DNA of 64,000 bases from Paragordius varius. Taxonomy: Eukaryota > Animalia > Nematomorpha. The translations under genes and the position numbers were made by a program. Of this stretch, positions 1-13,700 are shown one piece after another; within the stretch, counting starts at the first letter, position 1; each line of letters starts with the position of its first letter. The DNA lies in the NCBI GenBank assembly GCA_964247055.1, contig OZ176050.1, forward strand, positions 3,472,001 to 3,536,000, given 5' to 3'. The notes beneath the pieces were generated by a model. The model searched no databases and had not been told where the DNA came from. It saw nothing but the letters and a program-made list of their open reading frames with translations.

Positions 1-1689
1 CTTATATTATTCTTCAATCTATATGATCATCATGAACGCACACCGCATCGTACATCATTTGTGTAAACAAATCAGCTGTATTAAAATCAATAAGAAGAAT
101 GTTAATTTGAAACATAATATGAATATTTTGTATAATTATACATTTATAATTTAAATAAATTTATTTATATTTATTCAGATACTTTAAAAGATGTTTTATA
201 TATCTTGATCTTATTTTCAATCTTTGGTGACATAAGGTGTTTGTTAAAATACAAATAGTTTTGGAAAATAAAATGGCAAACATAAAAGCGTAACATGCAT
301 TTTTACCTACTCAGATATGTTAACTATATTAATTATATATCAAAGTAAATCAAAAAAAATATTTTAAAAAATTCAAAAAACCGCAAGTCATAGTAATTTT
401 TACCTGTATATATCAATGTATCACAAATATATAATGATAAATAAATTAGCAAGGTTGAACAAAAAATAAAATTTTACTAATTTATTAAAAACCGCAATTT
501 ACACCAGTTTTTTAAATGTCCAAAATATTTAGTAATTAATTAAATAACAATGATACAAGATACAAAAAATGTTACATTTGAAATTTGTTAAAAACCGCCA
601 TTTTCACCTGTATTTATTAAAATTTCCAAATATGTAGTAATTAATTACAATTAACAATATTAAAAAAAAAAACAAGAAAAAATTAAATTTTCTAAATATA
701 AAAACAACCTGATTTTTTACCTTTATTAATTAAAATGTCCAAAATTAATTAATTACAATTAACAATGAAAATCCTATAAAACAAAAAAATTAAATTTTTA
801 CTAAATTTGTTAAAAACCGCAATTTTTACCTGTAATTATTAAAATGTCCAAAATATGTAGTAGTTAGTTACAATTAACAATGCAAAACCTAAAAAAACAA
901 AAAAACTAAATTTTTACTAAATTTGTTAAAAACCGCAATTTTTACCTGTAATTATTAAAATGTCCAAAATATGTAGTAGTTAATTACAATTAACAATGCA
1001 AAACCTAAAAAAACAAAAAAAAACTAAATTTTTACTAAATTTGTTAAAAAACCGCAATTTTTACCTGTAATTATTAAAATGTCCAAAATATGTAGTAGTT
1101 AATTACAATTAACAATGCAAAACCTAAAAAACTAAAAAAAACTATATTTTTACTAAATGTGTTAAAAACCGCAATTTTTACCTGATTAAAATGTCTGAAA
1201 TACTTAAAAATTATTAATAATTAACAATGCAAAACATAAAAGACAAAAATCTAAAATCTACTTAAATTTTCACAAATATATGTTTACCTGTTAGTAATAA
1301 CAACTAAATAAAATTATAATACCAATATTAATTAATACAGGTATTTAGCATGTTGAAAAATATATATTATTAAATTTGGGAAACATAAAAAATCTTAAAA
1401 TACGTATTTTACTATTTATTAGTTTATCAAAGATAAAAACCCATAAAATTCCGCATCTAAATACGTAACAACAATATTACAAATGTTAACATAAATTGCT
1501 ATAATATTCTCAAAATTTAACATTACAAAATATCCATCAAATTAAAGCCTATGTTAATTCTCACGTCTATCCTCTTTCATATGTGTACTACGAAATAATT
1601 TTGTGGGTCAGTATTTTACGCATTTGATAAACCATTTATGTTATTTGGCAGGCAATAAAATTACTTAACATACATTAAAATGCATACTG
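1..1689. mobile_element. Right arm of a foldback (long-TIR) non-autonomous DNA transposon, same family as 27200-31699; runs off the window start
   Basis: Colinear with 29820-31699. Contains ~116-119 bp tandem units (AAAAACCGCAATTTTTACCTG core at 817, 933, 1052, 1169). Ends ...ATGCATACTG at 1689 followed by a (TA)n run. Lies upstream of the first visible DDX54 exon, so it is intronic. Confidence 0.9.
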
Positions 1690-1749
1690 TATATATATAT
1701 ATATATATAACTATACAATCCAAGCTAAAAATATTTTTACCTCTTTTAG

Positions 1750-4700
1750 GCTGTTAGAGATGGGATTTGCACCTCAATTAACCGCTATAGTTTCTAATCA
1801 TTTACCCAAACCCATACAAACTCTTCTATTTTCAGCAACATTAAGTTCAAATATGACTTCCTATTTTTTGGATCAAGCCAGTGACGCATCAATGCACAAT
1901 GGTATAAATTAAAAAAAATATTTTATAAAAAAAGTTTTAATTAATGGATATCCATTATAAGACCTCTTTCTTGGTGATTTTTTATATAAATGTAAAATTG
2001 TAACTACAACATTTATTTAACACTTGGATACAACACATTCATTTTAGTCCTTTGATTCAAATTGGGGTAGTTGGATACCCCAGGCCTTAAAACTTTAAAA
2101 ATTATAGAAGGAATAGAGCCCTGGCTAAATTTTGCACTTATGTAACATTAATAAACTGGAATATAGAAAAAACTTTTTTCAAAAATACTTGATATTACTT
2201 TTTTTAAGGTAAAACCCAAATGTAAAAATTTAGTCCACATGACATGTGTGAATTGGCTAAATTATAAAATAATACAAAATAAACCACTTTTTCCTTTTTA
2301 TATCAATGTTAGAGATTTAGATAAAAAATTTAATTATACCCTAAATGAACACGATATGAAGTAGTTGACATGGAACTTTTTTTTTCTAAACGAAATTTTA
2401 TTAAGATATTTTATTTATTTATATAATTTTTATTAGGATAGAAGCATAAATTTAAATAAGGACCGTTTCCTTCAGTAGTTTTTTAAAAATTTTAACTTTA
2501 ATTTAATATGGAGTGAGATACCCCAAATTTAATTGAAGTGTTAAATTATAATAAAATAAATCTTTTTTAAAAAAGATATTATAAAATACGGGAATTATTT
2601 GAAAAAAATAGCAATGACTTAATATCACCTCTTTATTATACATATCCAAATTAAGGTTCTTCTTTATGCTTTTGTTTTCAATCAATATCGTTTACTATTT
2701 ATTGTTTATACTGCAGAGTCTAATGGTTTCTAATAATGACCAAATTTGCATGAATCTTATCTGCATCATGACCCTTTAATAATACAAATAAATTTTTTGT
2801 TTAAAATTCATTTGTTTGATATTAGCGAAAACGGCTACTAACGACTTTTTATTAAAATTATTCGTAATGGATATAATCATCAGAATAAGCTAAATAATTT
2901 GTCGACGCGGGTTTTTTAAAATCTCACCGTATTGAGATCATTATAAAGGGGTCATTTTGTGTGAATACTCAACTATACACGATTTTAACTAAAAACTAAG
3001 CCCTTATTTCAAAATCTTAGAAGATCATGATGTATTTGATTATTAATATTATTATATATCTTTTCCCTTTAAAGGTGGTGCTACCGAATCACAATCCATA
3101 TTTAATCATTGGACGGACATGGGAGAATTTGTCTTTGCCAAATGTCACGCTGAATATAAAATGAGCCCAGATCTTAGCCTACAATTTATAGCTTGTAAGG
3201 GGGATAACACTATATCATCCACACCGTTTACCAATGATAAATTGGATGCATTGCTATACCTCATTGATCAATTGATTGTTCAACCATCGTATAACATGGT
3301 AAGTTTTTTAAAAAATTGACTGAAATTAGAATATTAAAAGCTATTGTGGGGGGAAATTTGAAATATCGTGGGTTTTAAATAATATGGATAATAAATTGAC
3401 TAGTTAATGCAAATTTTCACTGTGATCAATTGATTGTTCAACCATCGTATAACATGGTAAGTTTAAAAAAGTTACTTTTTAAAAAAAGTTTCAGTGAAAT
3501 TAGAAAATTAGAAGCTATTATGTGGGGGTTATAAATAATATGGATATTAAATTGATTAGTTAGTAATATAATATAGCAAATTTTTATTTTTTTATATATT
3601 GTTTTTAATTATTATTTATCTATACTATTTCTTTTGTTATAATTTATTCATTGAAAAAAAATATTTTACCCTTTACAGGAAATTTTGGATATACTATTTA
3701 ATAAATATTACGCGTATCATTTTCTAATTTATAATGTAAAACAAGACTAACTTAATTCAGAAAGTATAAATTATTTTAATTTTTTGGTTTATCCATAAAA
3801 AATGCGCTATTTTAAATTTAATTAATAATATGAAACCTTTTTTGCTATATGATATTTATTGCCAATTATTTGCAAGTAATTGCTTAAGTTTCTTATATAG
3901 CAAGCGTTTTAAATTAGATTTTTATTGATTTTAGACAAAAATTAACAAAGATAAAACAGTTGAACCAAGTGAATCCATTTTCCCCAACAGATTACAATTG
4001 CAAAAGGAAGTGACAAACCATACAAAACCTACAATCAGTCATGACAAGAAAGAAAAATTTACATCATTCAATAATATAACAAATAATATTAATACTACAA
4101 TTGGAAAAACGCTTATATTTTTACCTACGAAATATCATGTGGATTACGTTAAAGAAGTACATTTGCTTTTTTATTTTGATTAACTATATTACAAAAATTA
4201 TTGAGATATGTTTTTTTGGATAATAATTGAATAAATATTTTTAAAGTTAATGTATAAGAAAATTTGAATATGGTATGCAAAATAAATAGTATATGGATGG
4301 ATGGATCTCTGTTGTCAAGTGTCCCTTGGCATCCCGTCGTGACGGGGTTTAGGTGTTTGATCATTGCATTGAAGGATTTTTTGTTTAACCAGTCCCCGGC
4401 TTTTATGTTTTTGGACTGTAGGTCTTGGGTAATGTTTTTGTCCCATGTTATTGCTGGACGACCAACTCTGTTTTGTTTGTTTGGCTTAAGGTTTGTTATA
4501 TTTTTAATCCAATTATCGTTATCTAATCTTTGAATGTGACCGTAATAGCCAAGTCTACAGATTTGAATATATTTTGAGATTGGTAGGATTTGTTTATCAT
4601 GAGAGATTGTTCGCTTAAATGTATTTATCATTCTTTGTTCCATATTATCCAGCATATTTTCCTGTGTTTTACTTATTTGCCATGTTTCGCAAGCATAAGT

Positions 4701-7700
4701 TATAGTGGGTCTAACGCCAATTAGGTATATTTTGTTTTTTGTTTTTGTAGATATGTGTTTATTGGTAAATATGTATTTATATTGGTTGTATCTACCCCAA
4801 CCAATTCTTATGCGATTTTCGATGGCTTCAGATGAACCTCCTTGAGCGGAAATGGTATCACCAAGGTAGGTAAACTTTTGTACTTTTTGAATTTCGCTGT
4901 CACCTATTTTAATGTAGGTTTCAGCTTCTATGGGTGGAATATATTGTTTGGATAGAGTACAGGGTGGGCATATATAATTATTATTATTTTTTAAAGTTCC
5001 ATTTAATCCCGAACATGGTTTGTGTAACCAGTATTGACACTTAGTGCATTGGATGGAGTTTAGTCCTACATTTTTTAGGCATGCGCGGCATGGGTATTTA
5101 ATTTGATCGGTCTTTTCGTCGCCTGTTATCATAACCTTAGTTATTTGAATGTTGATTGTGAGACCATGTCGCCCAAGGCATTCCAGAGTTTGAACTTTTG
5201 ACTGAGTTCGTTTAGATTTTCTGACGTTAACAATAATCATCAGCGTAGATGAGCTCCCAAGGAAGACCAGTACCATCACTGATGGTGTCTATTATTATGG
5301 TGAATAGAAGGGGGCTAAGAACAGAACCTTGGTGTAGTCCTGTTGTGATGTGGAATGGAATTGTGTACCCGAAATGTGTGTTAACACAGGTTTTACTGTT
5401 ATCATATAATAACTTTATTGCATCTATGATCCATTTGTCTACTCCTTTTTTTTGAAGACACCAGAAAATAAGCGTTCGAGGGATTTTATCGAACGCTTTC
5501 TCCATGTCAATAAATAGATGGTATAATTGGCTTCCTTTAGAAAGATAGTTTTCTTGAAAGCGCCTTAATATAAATATGGGGTCTGTTGTGCTGCAGCCTT
5601 GACGGAAGGCAAACTGCATGTTGTCAATATTAACTATGTCCCTTATTTTCTGAGCTAAGATTGATTCAAAAACTTTCATAGTATGTTTTAGTAGTTTAAT
5701 TGGACGATATGACGCGCAATTAAGTTTATTTCCTTTGTTTTTATAGATTGGAATGGTTATATATTTTAATTATGCAAAATTTTTGTTTTTATATAATTCG
5801 TTCTTAATAAAAACATCTACGCAAACCGAAACAATATTGGGGATTTAATATATTTATATATATTATTATCACTTTTGACTGTTTCTTATTTATTACTAAT
5901 AATAACATTCATTAGTTGCCTGTTAGAATTGCTTATGATATTGTAATAATTATTGGAATTTCGCTAATATTTTTTTCTAATGAATAATATTAATAATCAT
6001 TTATATTTGACATTATATTAAAATGTTTCACCTAGTCTTTTATGTAATTTTATTAGAAACGTTAGTGCACATCTATTATTATTTATTTTTTTAATCAAAT
6101 ATTTCCATATTTAATAGTTACTTGCCTGTAAATTGGGTTTGGATGTGTGTTACGTTTATAGCTCCTTGGATGCATCTGCACGCAAAAGTATGATTGCTCG
6201 ATTTAGAGGGGAAACAACATTGCGAAATTCTGCAGAAAACAGCCATCATCATTATTACAACTCAAATGATAAAAATTATAATGGGATGCATGAAAGAATA
6301 GATTCCCAAATAATGTTAGTTACTGATATAGCAGCCCGTGGTTTAGATATTCCCTTCCTGGACAATGTTATAAATTTTTGTTTTCCAACCACACCCAAGC
6401 TATTTATCCATAGGATAGGTAAGCTTTTATGTTACTTTTTGGGGATAAAAATGATAAATTTATAATTTACTTAATATGAGTGCGAACTCCAAAAATATCT
6501 ATTTTTTATAATGTATGAAAAACTGGCCAACCAAGTCCTATTGCCACCTCCCGCGGTTTTCGCTGGGGCATAATCCGCTAACCGTAAAGGTCAGTTTCTA
6601 ATGATCATCTATAAAATTATTAGTTGTACACAAGGGTATGTGTTAAGCAAAAAATCGCCTCGGATTACCACGAGGTATAAATATTATGAATATGAATTAC
6701 TTCACTCCGAATCCGGAGTCCTACCCTTTATGATGAATGTATAAAATAATTCGTTAGGTCAGTATATATATACCCTGTGAATATATATATAGAAATTTAA
6801 AAGTTGGGAAATTTATATTTTTTACCGCTTAAAGAAAAAATTTATCTATATAAATGTTAATTTTTTTTTTAATTTATTTTAAGGCCGTGTTGCTCGCGCT
6901 GGAAAACCTGGGACTGCATATTCCCTCATTTGCCATAAAGAATTACCACATTTATTGGATTTCATGAATTACATTGGTCATGATTTGATCTTTTTACGTG
7001 CTGGTGTCCCATTTGATCAACAAAAAATTGCTCAGCAAAGGAAAAATGAGTTTATATTAATATTTTCTAAGTTATGAGTATTTTAAATAGGCTAGAGTGG
7101 TGGATATAAATTTTAAATGGAATTTCGCATTTAGAATAATTTGTATAGATATATGGTTATTGATCGTTTGTTATCAGATTATTATTTTAACCATTCATAT
7201 TATATATTGGGATTATATGAAAAATGGTTTTATGCGCTTCAATAATATATTTTTATAAAAAAAATTTAAGGCGTTTGTTGATAAGTACTCTTTATTTGAG
7301 CTACTTAAAGTATATATACATATGTAATCTTTAATATGTTTAGAGAAAATAATACCCGACCCTTTGAGGTGTTTGGTAAAGTTCCGGATGATTTAAAAAC
7401 TGGCATTCATTCAAGTGATTTGAATCAAAATAAAGACCTTCTTACCCCAAATTCTGAATTAAGTAATAGTTTAGTATCGCTGGCTCAGGTTTGTGATAGA
7501 GCCATTGCTAAATTCACACGATCACAAACGAAACCCAGTAAAGCATCCATTCTAAGGGTCAAAACTGAATTCCTAAAGTCTGGAGGAATATTAACGCTAA
7601 AACCGCATCCCTTGTTTTTGACTTTATGCTCTAATGGTATTATATCGATAAATTTTGACTGCAACTCAATTTGTTTTCACCATAATAGTATAAATGTATT

Positions 7701-10700
7701 AGTTTTAAGTGATTACAAATCTTAATTAATTAGATTTCATTACGCAAAATAAGCATGCATTGTTATATAGAGTAAAACGGTGTAAAGATTAGTCAGTATT
7801 AACATAAAATGATTAAAATCTTATAAGGATTACTATTTAACTATAACCAAAACAACATTATCAAAAAATTTCCATATTACCATGATTTGAGACTCAATAT
7901 AGGTTTAAAATTGCTTTGTAAATTTTAATCTTGTGAAAAAGGATAAAAATAATTAAATTGTTAAAAATATAGCATGTAAAAAAATCATTAGTTTAATAAA
8001 ATCATGTTTTGTTTTTTCAATTACCGCATGTTTGAAAAAATGATTATTAGCTTTAATTTTGTTTAAAATGGTACTGAGATAAAAAACATAAATTAAGCAA
8101 TTATTCCATATATATATATATATATATATACATACCATAGTTCGAATTCACCCTAAAAATAAATTTTGTGTTTCGAACTAATATAACTCATTAATATGAA
8201 ATATATCTTTATGGCATAGTTTATTATTTTTTCAGTATTATATTTAAATCAAAATTTTAATTTTTTAAAATATAGATTTTTAATCTTAAAAAACATATAT
8301 TTTATTTGAGGGTGAATTTGAATTGTTTAAGGGTAAATTTATTGTAAATTATATATATATATATATATATATGTATTAGAAAAAGCTGAAACACTTGATG
8401 CAAATTTTGAGTATCTTGAACGCATAAAAAATTACAAAAACCAAGATTTGGTGAATCGAACATTCCTTAAGAAATTGGGGAACACATCATCAAGTGCATC
8501 TGCAGATAACTCAAAAACCTCAAAGAATAATCGATTGCTTGCCGCCTCGCAAAATAAAACAGGGATTGGTCGGACAGTAAACAATCGTTTTATTGGTAGA
8601 TTTTATATATATTTTTTCTAAATACTAAATTTTTTCACCATATTTTTATTTTTAGAAATGGTATTAAATTGAAAAAAAATTATAATTTATTTTTTTGTTG
8701 ACAGAGCATATAAATCTTCTATTTTTGGATGTAAATAGCACTTTGAAAAACTCCAAGTGCTCATTTATTTATATTATATATATATATATCTTTAATGCGC
8801 CGATCTTTTCGAATTATTTTTTAAATATTACTTTATAGTAATACCATGTTGAAATATGTTTTATAATTATACAAACGAAAAATTCTTTAGTGGTTTCCTT
8901 GTTTAGGAATATTAACTATGGTTACCTGAAACATTACTTGCATATTTTATTTTTTAGGTCAAACTTTTGACCGTGAAGATTACATTCAAAAGCTGGAGGA
9001 GAAATTAGGTCCAAATGTTAGTATCAAAAAATCGGCAAAGCTTTTCACTCAATTATCACAAACCAATACAAATAATAATTTATTAGTGTCTCGTTTTGCC
9101 GACAATAAGTGCTTTATTCCATATGGTCCTCCTCAAGATACAGATTATGTAAATATATTATATACATTACTTTCTTTAGAGTCAACATATTGTTGGGAAA
9201 TATATGGTTAAATATATGTAAATTAATTTGATTAATTAGTAAATATTATTTCGTATCTACTTAAAAATATAATTGTTTTATAATTTTTAGCTGTTTGGCA
9301 CGAAAAATACCCATCAACTAAAATTTAACTAATGTTTCGCATTTTTTATCTAAAATGATTATATAGGAAGTTAAAGCTTAAACCTTAATCTGCCATTTAT
9401 ATTATTTAGTAATTAAAATAATATTAATAAATAAAAAGTTTTTTTATGATTTGTCTTTGTATATTTGTACTCGCCTAAAATAATAATAGAATGAGAAATC
9501 TACAGATCAAGGCGATATATTTAATGCTGAAATGGATATTTTGGATTTCAATGAGGATGATGGGAATCTCATACGATCAAAGGATAGCAAATCGACAGGA
9601 ATAACGAAAAAGAGATTGGTTTGGGATCCGAAACGAAAACGTTTTGTTAACCCAAGTTTGTTCAATTTTACAATTATATATCTAATTTCGTTAAATTTTA
9701 GGAATTTAATTCAACAAAATTTGGCTAATCTTTAGAAATAGTAACAATAGTCCATTAAAAATTATCCATATAAAAAATATTGATAACTGTTTTGGTTTTG
9801 GATGGATAATATTAGGAAGCCATATTCGGAGTTTTGTGTCCACGAAGTAATTCCCGCCATAAATTACGATCTTTACATTGTTCTGTGGAAAGGTTACGTT
9901 GATTCAAGTCCATTTTTATTTTATCATTATATGAAAAGAGTGGTCGCTTTCTACTTTTGCCATCAACAATAATGTCAACAGTTTTTAAAGGATAGGTGGC
10001 GCCCCTTCTCTGAGTATGACCGTAGAGACGCAATCTATTAGTTTGGATGATATTATCGGTTTTTTTTAATGAAAGTTGGTATTTCTGGTGTACGAAAGCA
10101 GCTTTTGTATATTCGGCTCTCACTAGTTAGGAGTTTTGTTTGGTTAGTTTTGTTTAATGTCCAAGTTTAAGAACCATAGGTAAGAGCTGGTCTTATTCCT
10201 GCTTTGTAATATTTATTATGATTGTTAACATTTTTGTTTTGGAAAACATATTTTAACTGATTGCATTTTATCCAACCTTGTTGTATTCTTCTTTTAATAG
10301 CTTTTTGTAGGCTTCCCTGAGATGATATGACATCTCCTAGGTAAACAAAAAAGTCTACCTATTCGATATTATGACCATCAATTTTAAGTAACTTTAGTGG
10401 ATTAAAATATTTATTACTGGGGTCTAAACCATTTAAACATTTAAAATTTATTGCATTTGTTAACTTGCCTTTTATTTTAGAGCACTTTTTGTGTACCCAC
10501 ATTTGACATGATATGCATTTAATGGAATTTGCACATATTTGTTTACTGCAAATGGAATAGGGGTATCTAGGTGTTTCACTTTCATCCGTCATCATTATTT
10601 TGTTTTTGTCGGTTTATAATCATTCCATATTGTTCGAGGCATTTTTTCCACTTGGTATAGTTACAGTTGATCCCACGATCGTGTCGTTATCACGAGGTCG

Positions 10701-13700
10701 TCGGCGAATAACATTTTTCAAGGGCACTCGGTTCTTATGTCTTGCGTGGCCGCATCCATTATAGTAATGAAAAGGAGTGGGCTTCTTAGGACTGAACCTT
10801 GATGTAGTCCAGCGTTAGTTGGGAAATTGCTTGTATTGCCGATATTGGTTCTAATGTTGGTTTTTGTATTTTTACATAGTAGTAATAGGATTTGTATGGT
10901 ATGTTCCTCTATTCCGTTTTTACGCAGTGCCCATTGAATTTTGGAGTGTGGTATTTGATCAAACGCACGTTCCAGATCTACAAAGACATGGTATAGCTTT
11001 TGTTTCTTTTCCAGATATTTTTCTTGTAAGCGTCTTAGCACAAACAAGGGATCTTTTGTGCTACTGTTTGGGTGGAAAACTGATTTGAATCTATGTTTAT
11101 ATGTTTTCTCAGTCTGTTTAATATAATTTCGAATAATTTAAATGTATGTTCTAGAAGTTTCAGAGGTCTGTAGGATGATGCTTTTAGTCGATCACCTTAT
11201 TTCTATAAATAAGGATTATTATGCTGTTTTTTCAATCGCTGGGAGTTTGGTTTGTAATTATTATTTGGTTAAAGAGTTTCAGATACTCTGCAGTGTTTTT
11301 GATGGGTCGACTGAAAGGCTGCTTGAACCGGGAGCTTTGTTGCTTTTTAATTTATTGATTACAGTTGTGACTTCATCTATGGTGATTTCTTGTATGGGAC
11401 CAGCTACTGGTGAAACCGTGCTAAATTGTTTGGTCGGGTTTACTTGGTTGAGTTGTTTTTCCAAGTTCGTTTTCCAAATTTCTTCGACTTTCGAGGGATT
11501 CGTTATTATATTATCATTCTCATCTTTAATACATTTTATGGTTTTAACATCTTTATTACTATTGTTAAGGTTTTTGAGTCTTTTAAAGATAATTTGGTTT
11601 ATAAAGTCTTTTTCTATCTGCGATTTTAACAGATTTTTCGTTCATAGCGCGTCCAATGGCCTTTTGGACCTCTCGTTTTTTATCATCATTATTTTTGGAA
11701 CTTTTCCTTTTATAAGCTTCGCATTTTTCGCGCAACAATGGTTTTATATCATTTTTCCACAACTAACTTTTCCGTTGTCTCATAGGTTTAGTAAAGCCGC
11801 AATGTTTTTTGGCAGATATTAGAATTGTGGACTTATTTTGCCATAAAATTTCGACATTGTTTTGTTCCAGTAAATGTAAATCTGTGTTTTAAGTATATGT
11901 TGTTAGCTTGTGTTGATAAGAGGATTGATAGTCAGTTTTGATGTTTGTTAGTCCTAATGTTTTTCGTAATCAATATGAAGTATATCATAGATGAGTGGTT
12001 ACCAGAATTAATGTTATATGCTGGTTGGTTTTTTTTTTAAAATGGGTATTTGCAACTATAAGTTGATTTGCATTACAAAAATCTAATAAACTCTTACCCA
12101 TCTTATCGAGAGTTCCAACGCCATTTCCGCCATGAACGCCATGGTATTCATTACTATCATTATTAATATGGCAATTAAAATCACCACAAAATAGAAGAAG
12201 TTTTGTTCATCAAATTATAAAGGTCTTCCCAATATTCGTTTTTTAATGTTTCGCTTAGACCAGATTGAGGTGCTTAAGTTGAAACTATATTTATTACATT
12301 ATCATTCATCAAAATTTTTATTTGAATCATTCTTGGATTATGTCTTTGTAGTAAATCGAGAAACCGTAAAACAATAAGATTTATTGAGATAAAATACTTG
12401 ATACTTGATGGTTTTTTGACTTCATTGAAGGTTTCCATTAACGGTCTTATTCCAAAGGTCCTTATCTAGACATTTAGTAATGTAGAGGTTTAGTATTTTT
12501 ATGTCATTTTTAATGTTGTCGCTCCAGGAATGTGTTGGGCGCCCTTTGCGGTTGTTTCCAAAGGGTTGTATGTGCTTAATGGTTTGGAGTGGATGGTCGG
12601 TTTGTCTTCTTTCAATGTAACCCAAGTATTTAAGTCTGCTTCTTTGTTTAAATTCTACTGTGTCATTTTTGTGTTTAAGTTGAAATCTTATTTTACGGTT
12701 TCTCGATTTACTACAAAGACACAATCCAAGAATGATTCAAATAGAAATTTTGATGAATGATAATGTAATAAATATAGTTTTAACTTAAGCACCTCAATCT
12801 GGTCTAAGCGAAACATTAAAAAACGTTTTCTGAATATAATATTTACATGTTAAACCAAGGTAAAATAACGTGTGCAGGTTAAATACAAAATTGATACAAT
12901 AGTTTAACACATATATAAAAGGTCATCAAAATGTATTCAAATCTAATATTAACTAACTTAATTTATTCTAATCTATCAGTCTTATTACATCATTATGTTA
13001 TCACGATAGTTGTTTTTTATTAAAATCCTCAAACAACTAATTAAGAACTTTTTGTAGGTAAGGATTATTTCCAAATCTATGAAACTTTTGATAGTTTATA
13101 TATATATATGCTACAGTAATAAAATATTAGTTTTATCAACTTAAAGCTTTTTTTAATGCAAAAGTCTACTGTCAACAGTTTGTTTGCTAACTTAAATTTA
13201 ATTGTTTATATTATTTTTTCTATATTTTGACGATTGTTAGATGATTTGTTGGGTCGTAAAAAGGCAAAATCCATTTCGACACCCTTTTACAATGAAAGTG
13301 GCGTTAAGATTAAGGATGCTTACAAAACACGTGTTTATGCGGAATGGTTAAAGAAAACACATGGTGGCACAATTAGAGATTCGGTCGCTGGCTCTGCCCT
13401 ATCCTTCCAAAATAATGATGATGTGTCTGATGACGAAAATACAGGAAATAAAACGCATATAGCCAATAATAATTGTTTAGGTCAGGATTGGCGATTCAAA
13501 AAATCGAAGTCAAGACAACAATCTTTAAATAATAATATAAAGGATGGAAGGATGAGTATTGGGAACAGAAAAAATATTAAAACAATAAAAAAACAAAAAG
13601 TTAATATGCGAGCCTTGGGATTAAAACCGACAGAAAAAGCCTTTAAACTCAAATATCGAAAAGAGGAAAAACAAGCGTTTGAGGCTAGTCGTAGAAAAGA

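Noticed and set aside
8704-8757. Possible extra DDX54 exon
   Set aside because: The flanking exons already join in phase, and I found no convincing donor of compatible phase; left out of the model.
11142-11822. 226-aa plus-strand ORF
   Set aside because: Antisense shadow of the minus-strand LINE ORF; no motifs of its own. The same applies to 4264-4533, 5249-5455, 10864-11088, 11426-11629 and 12530-12760.
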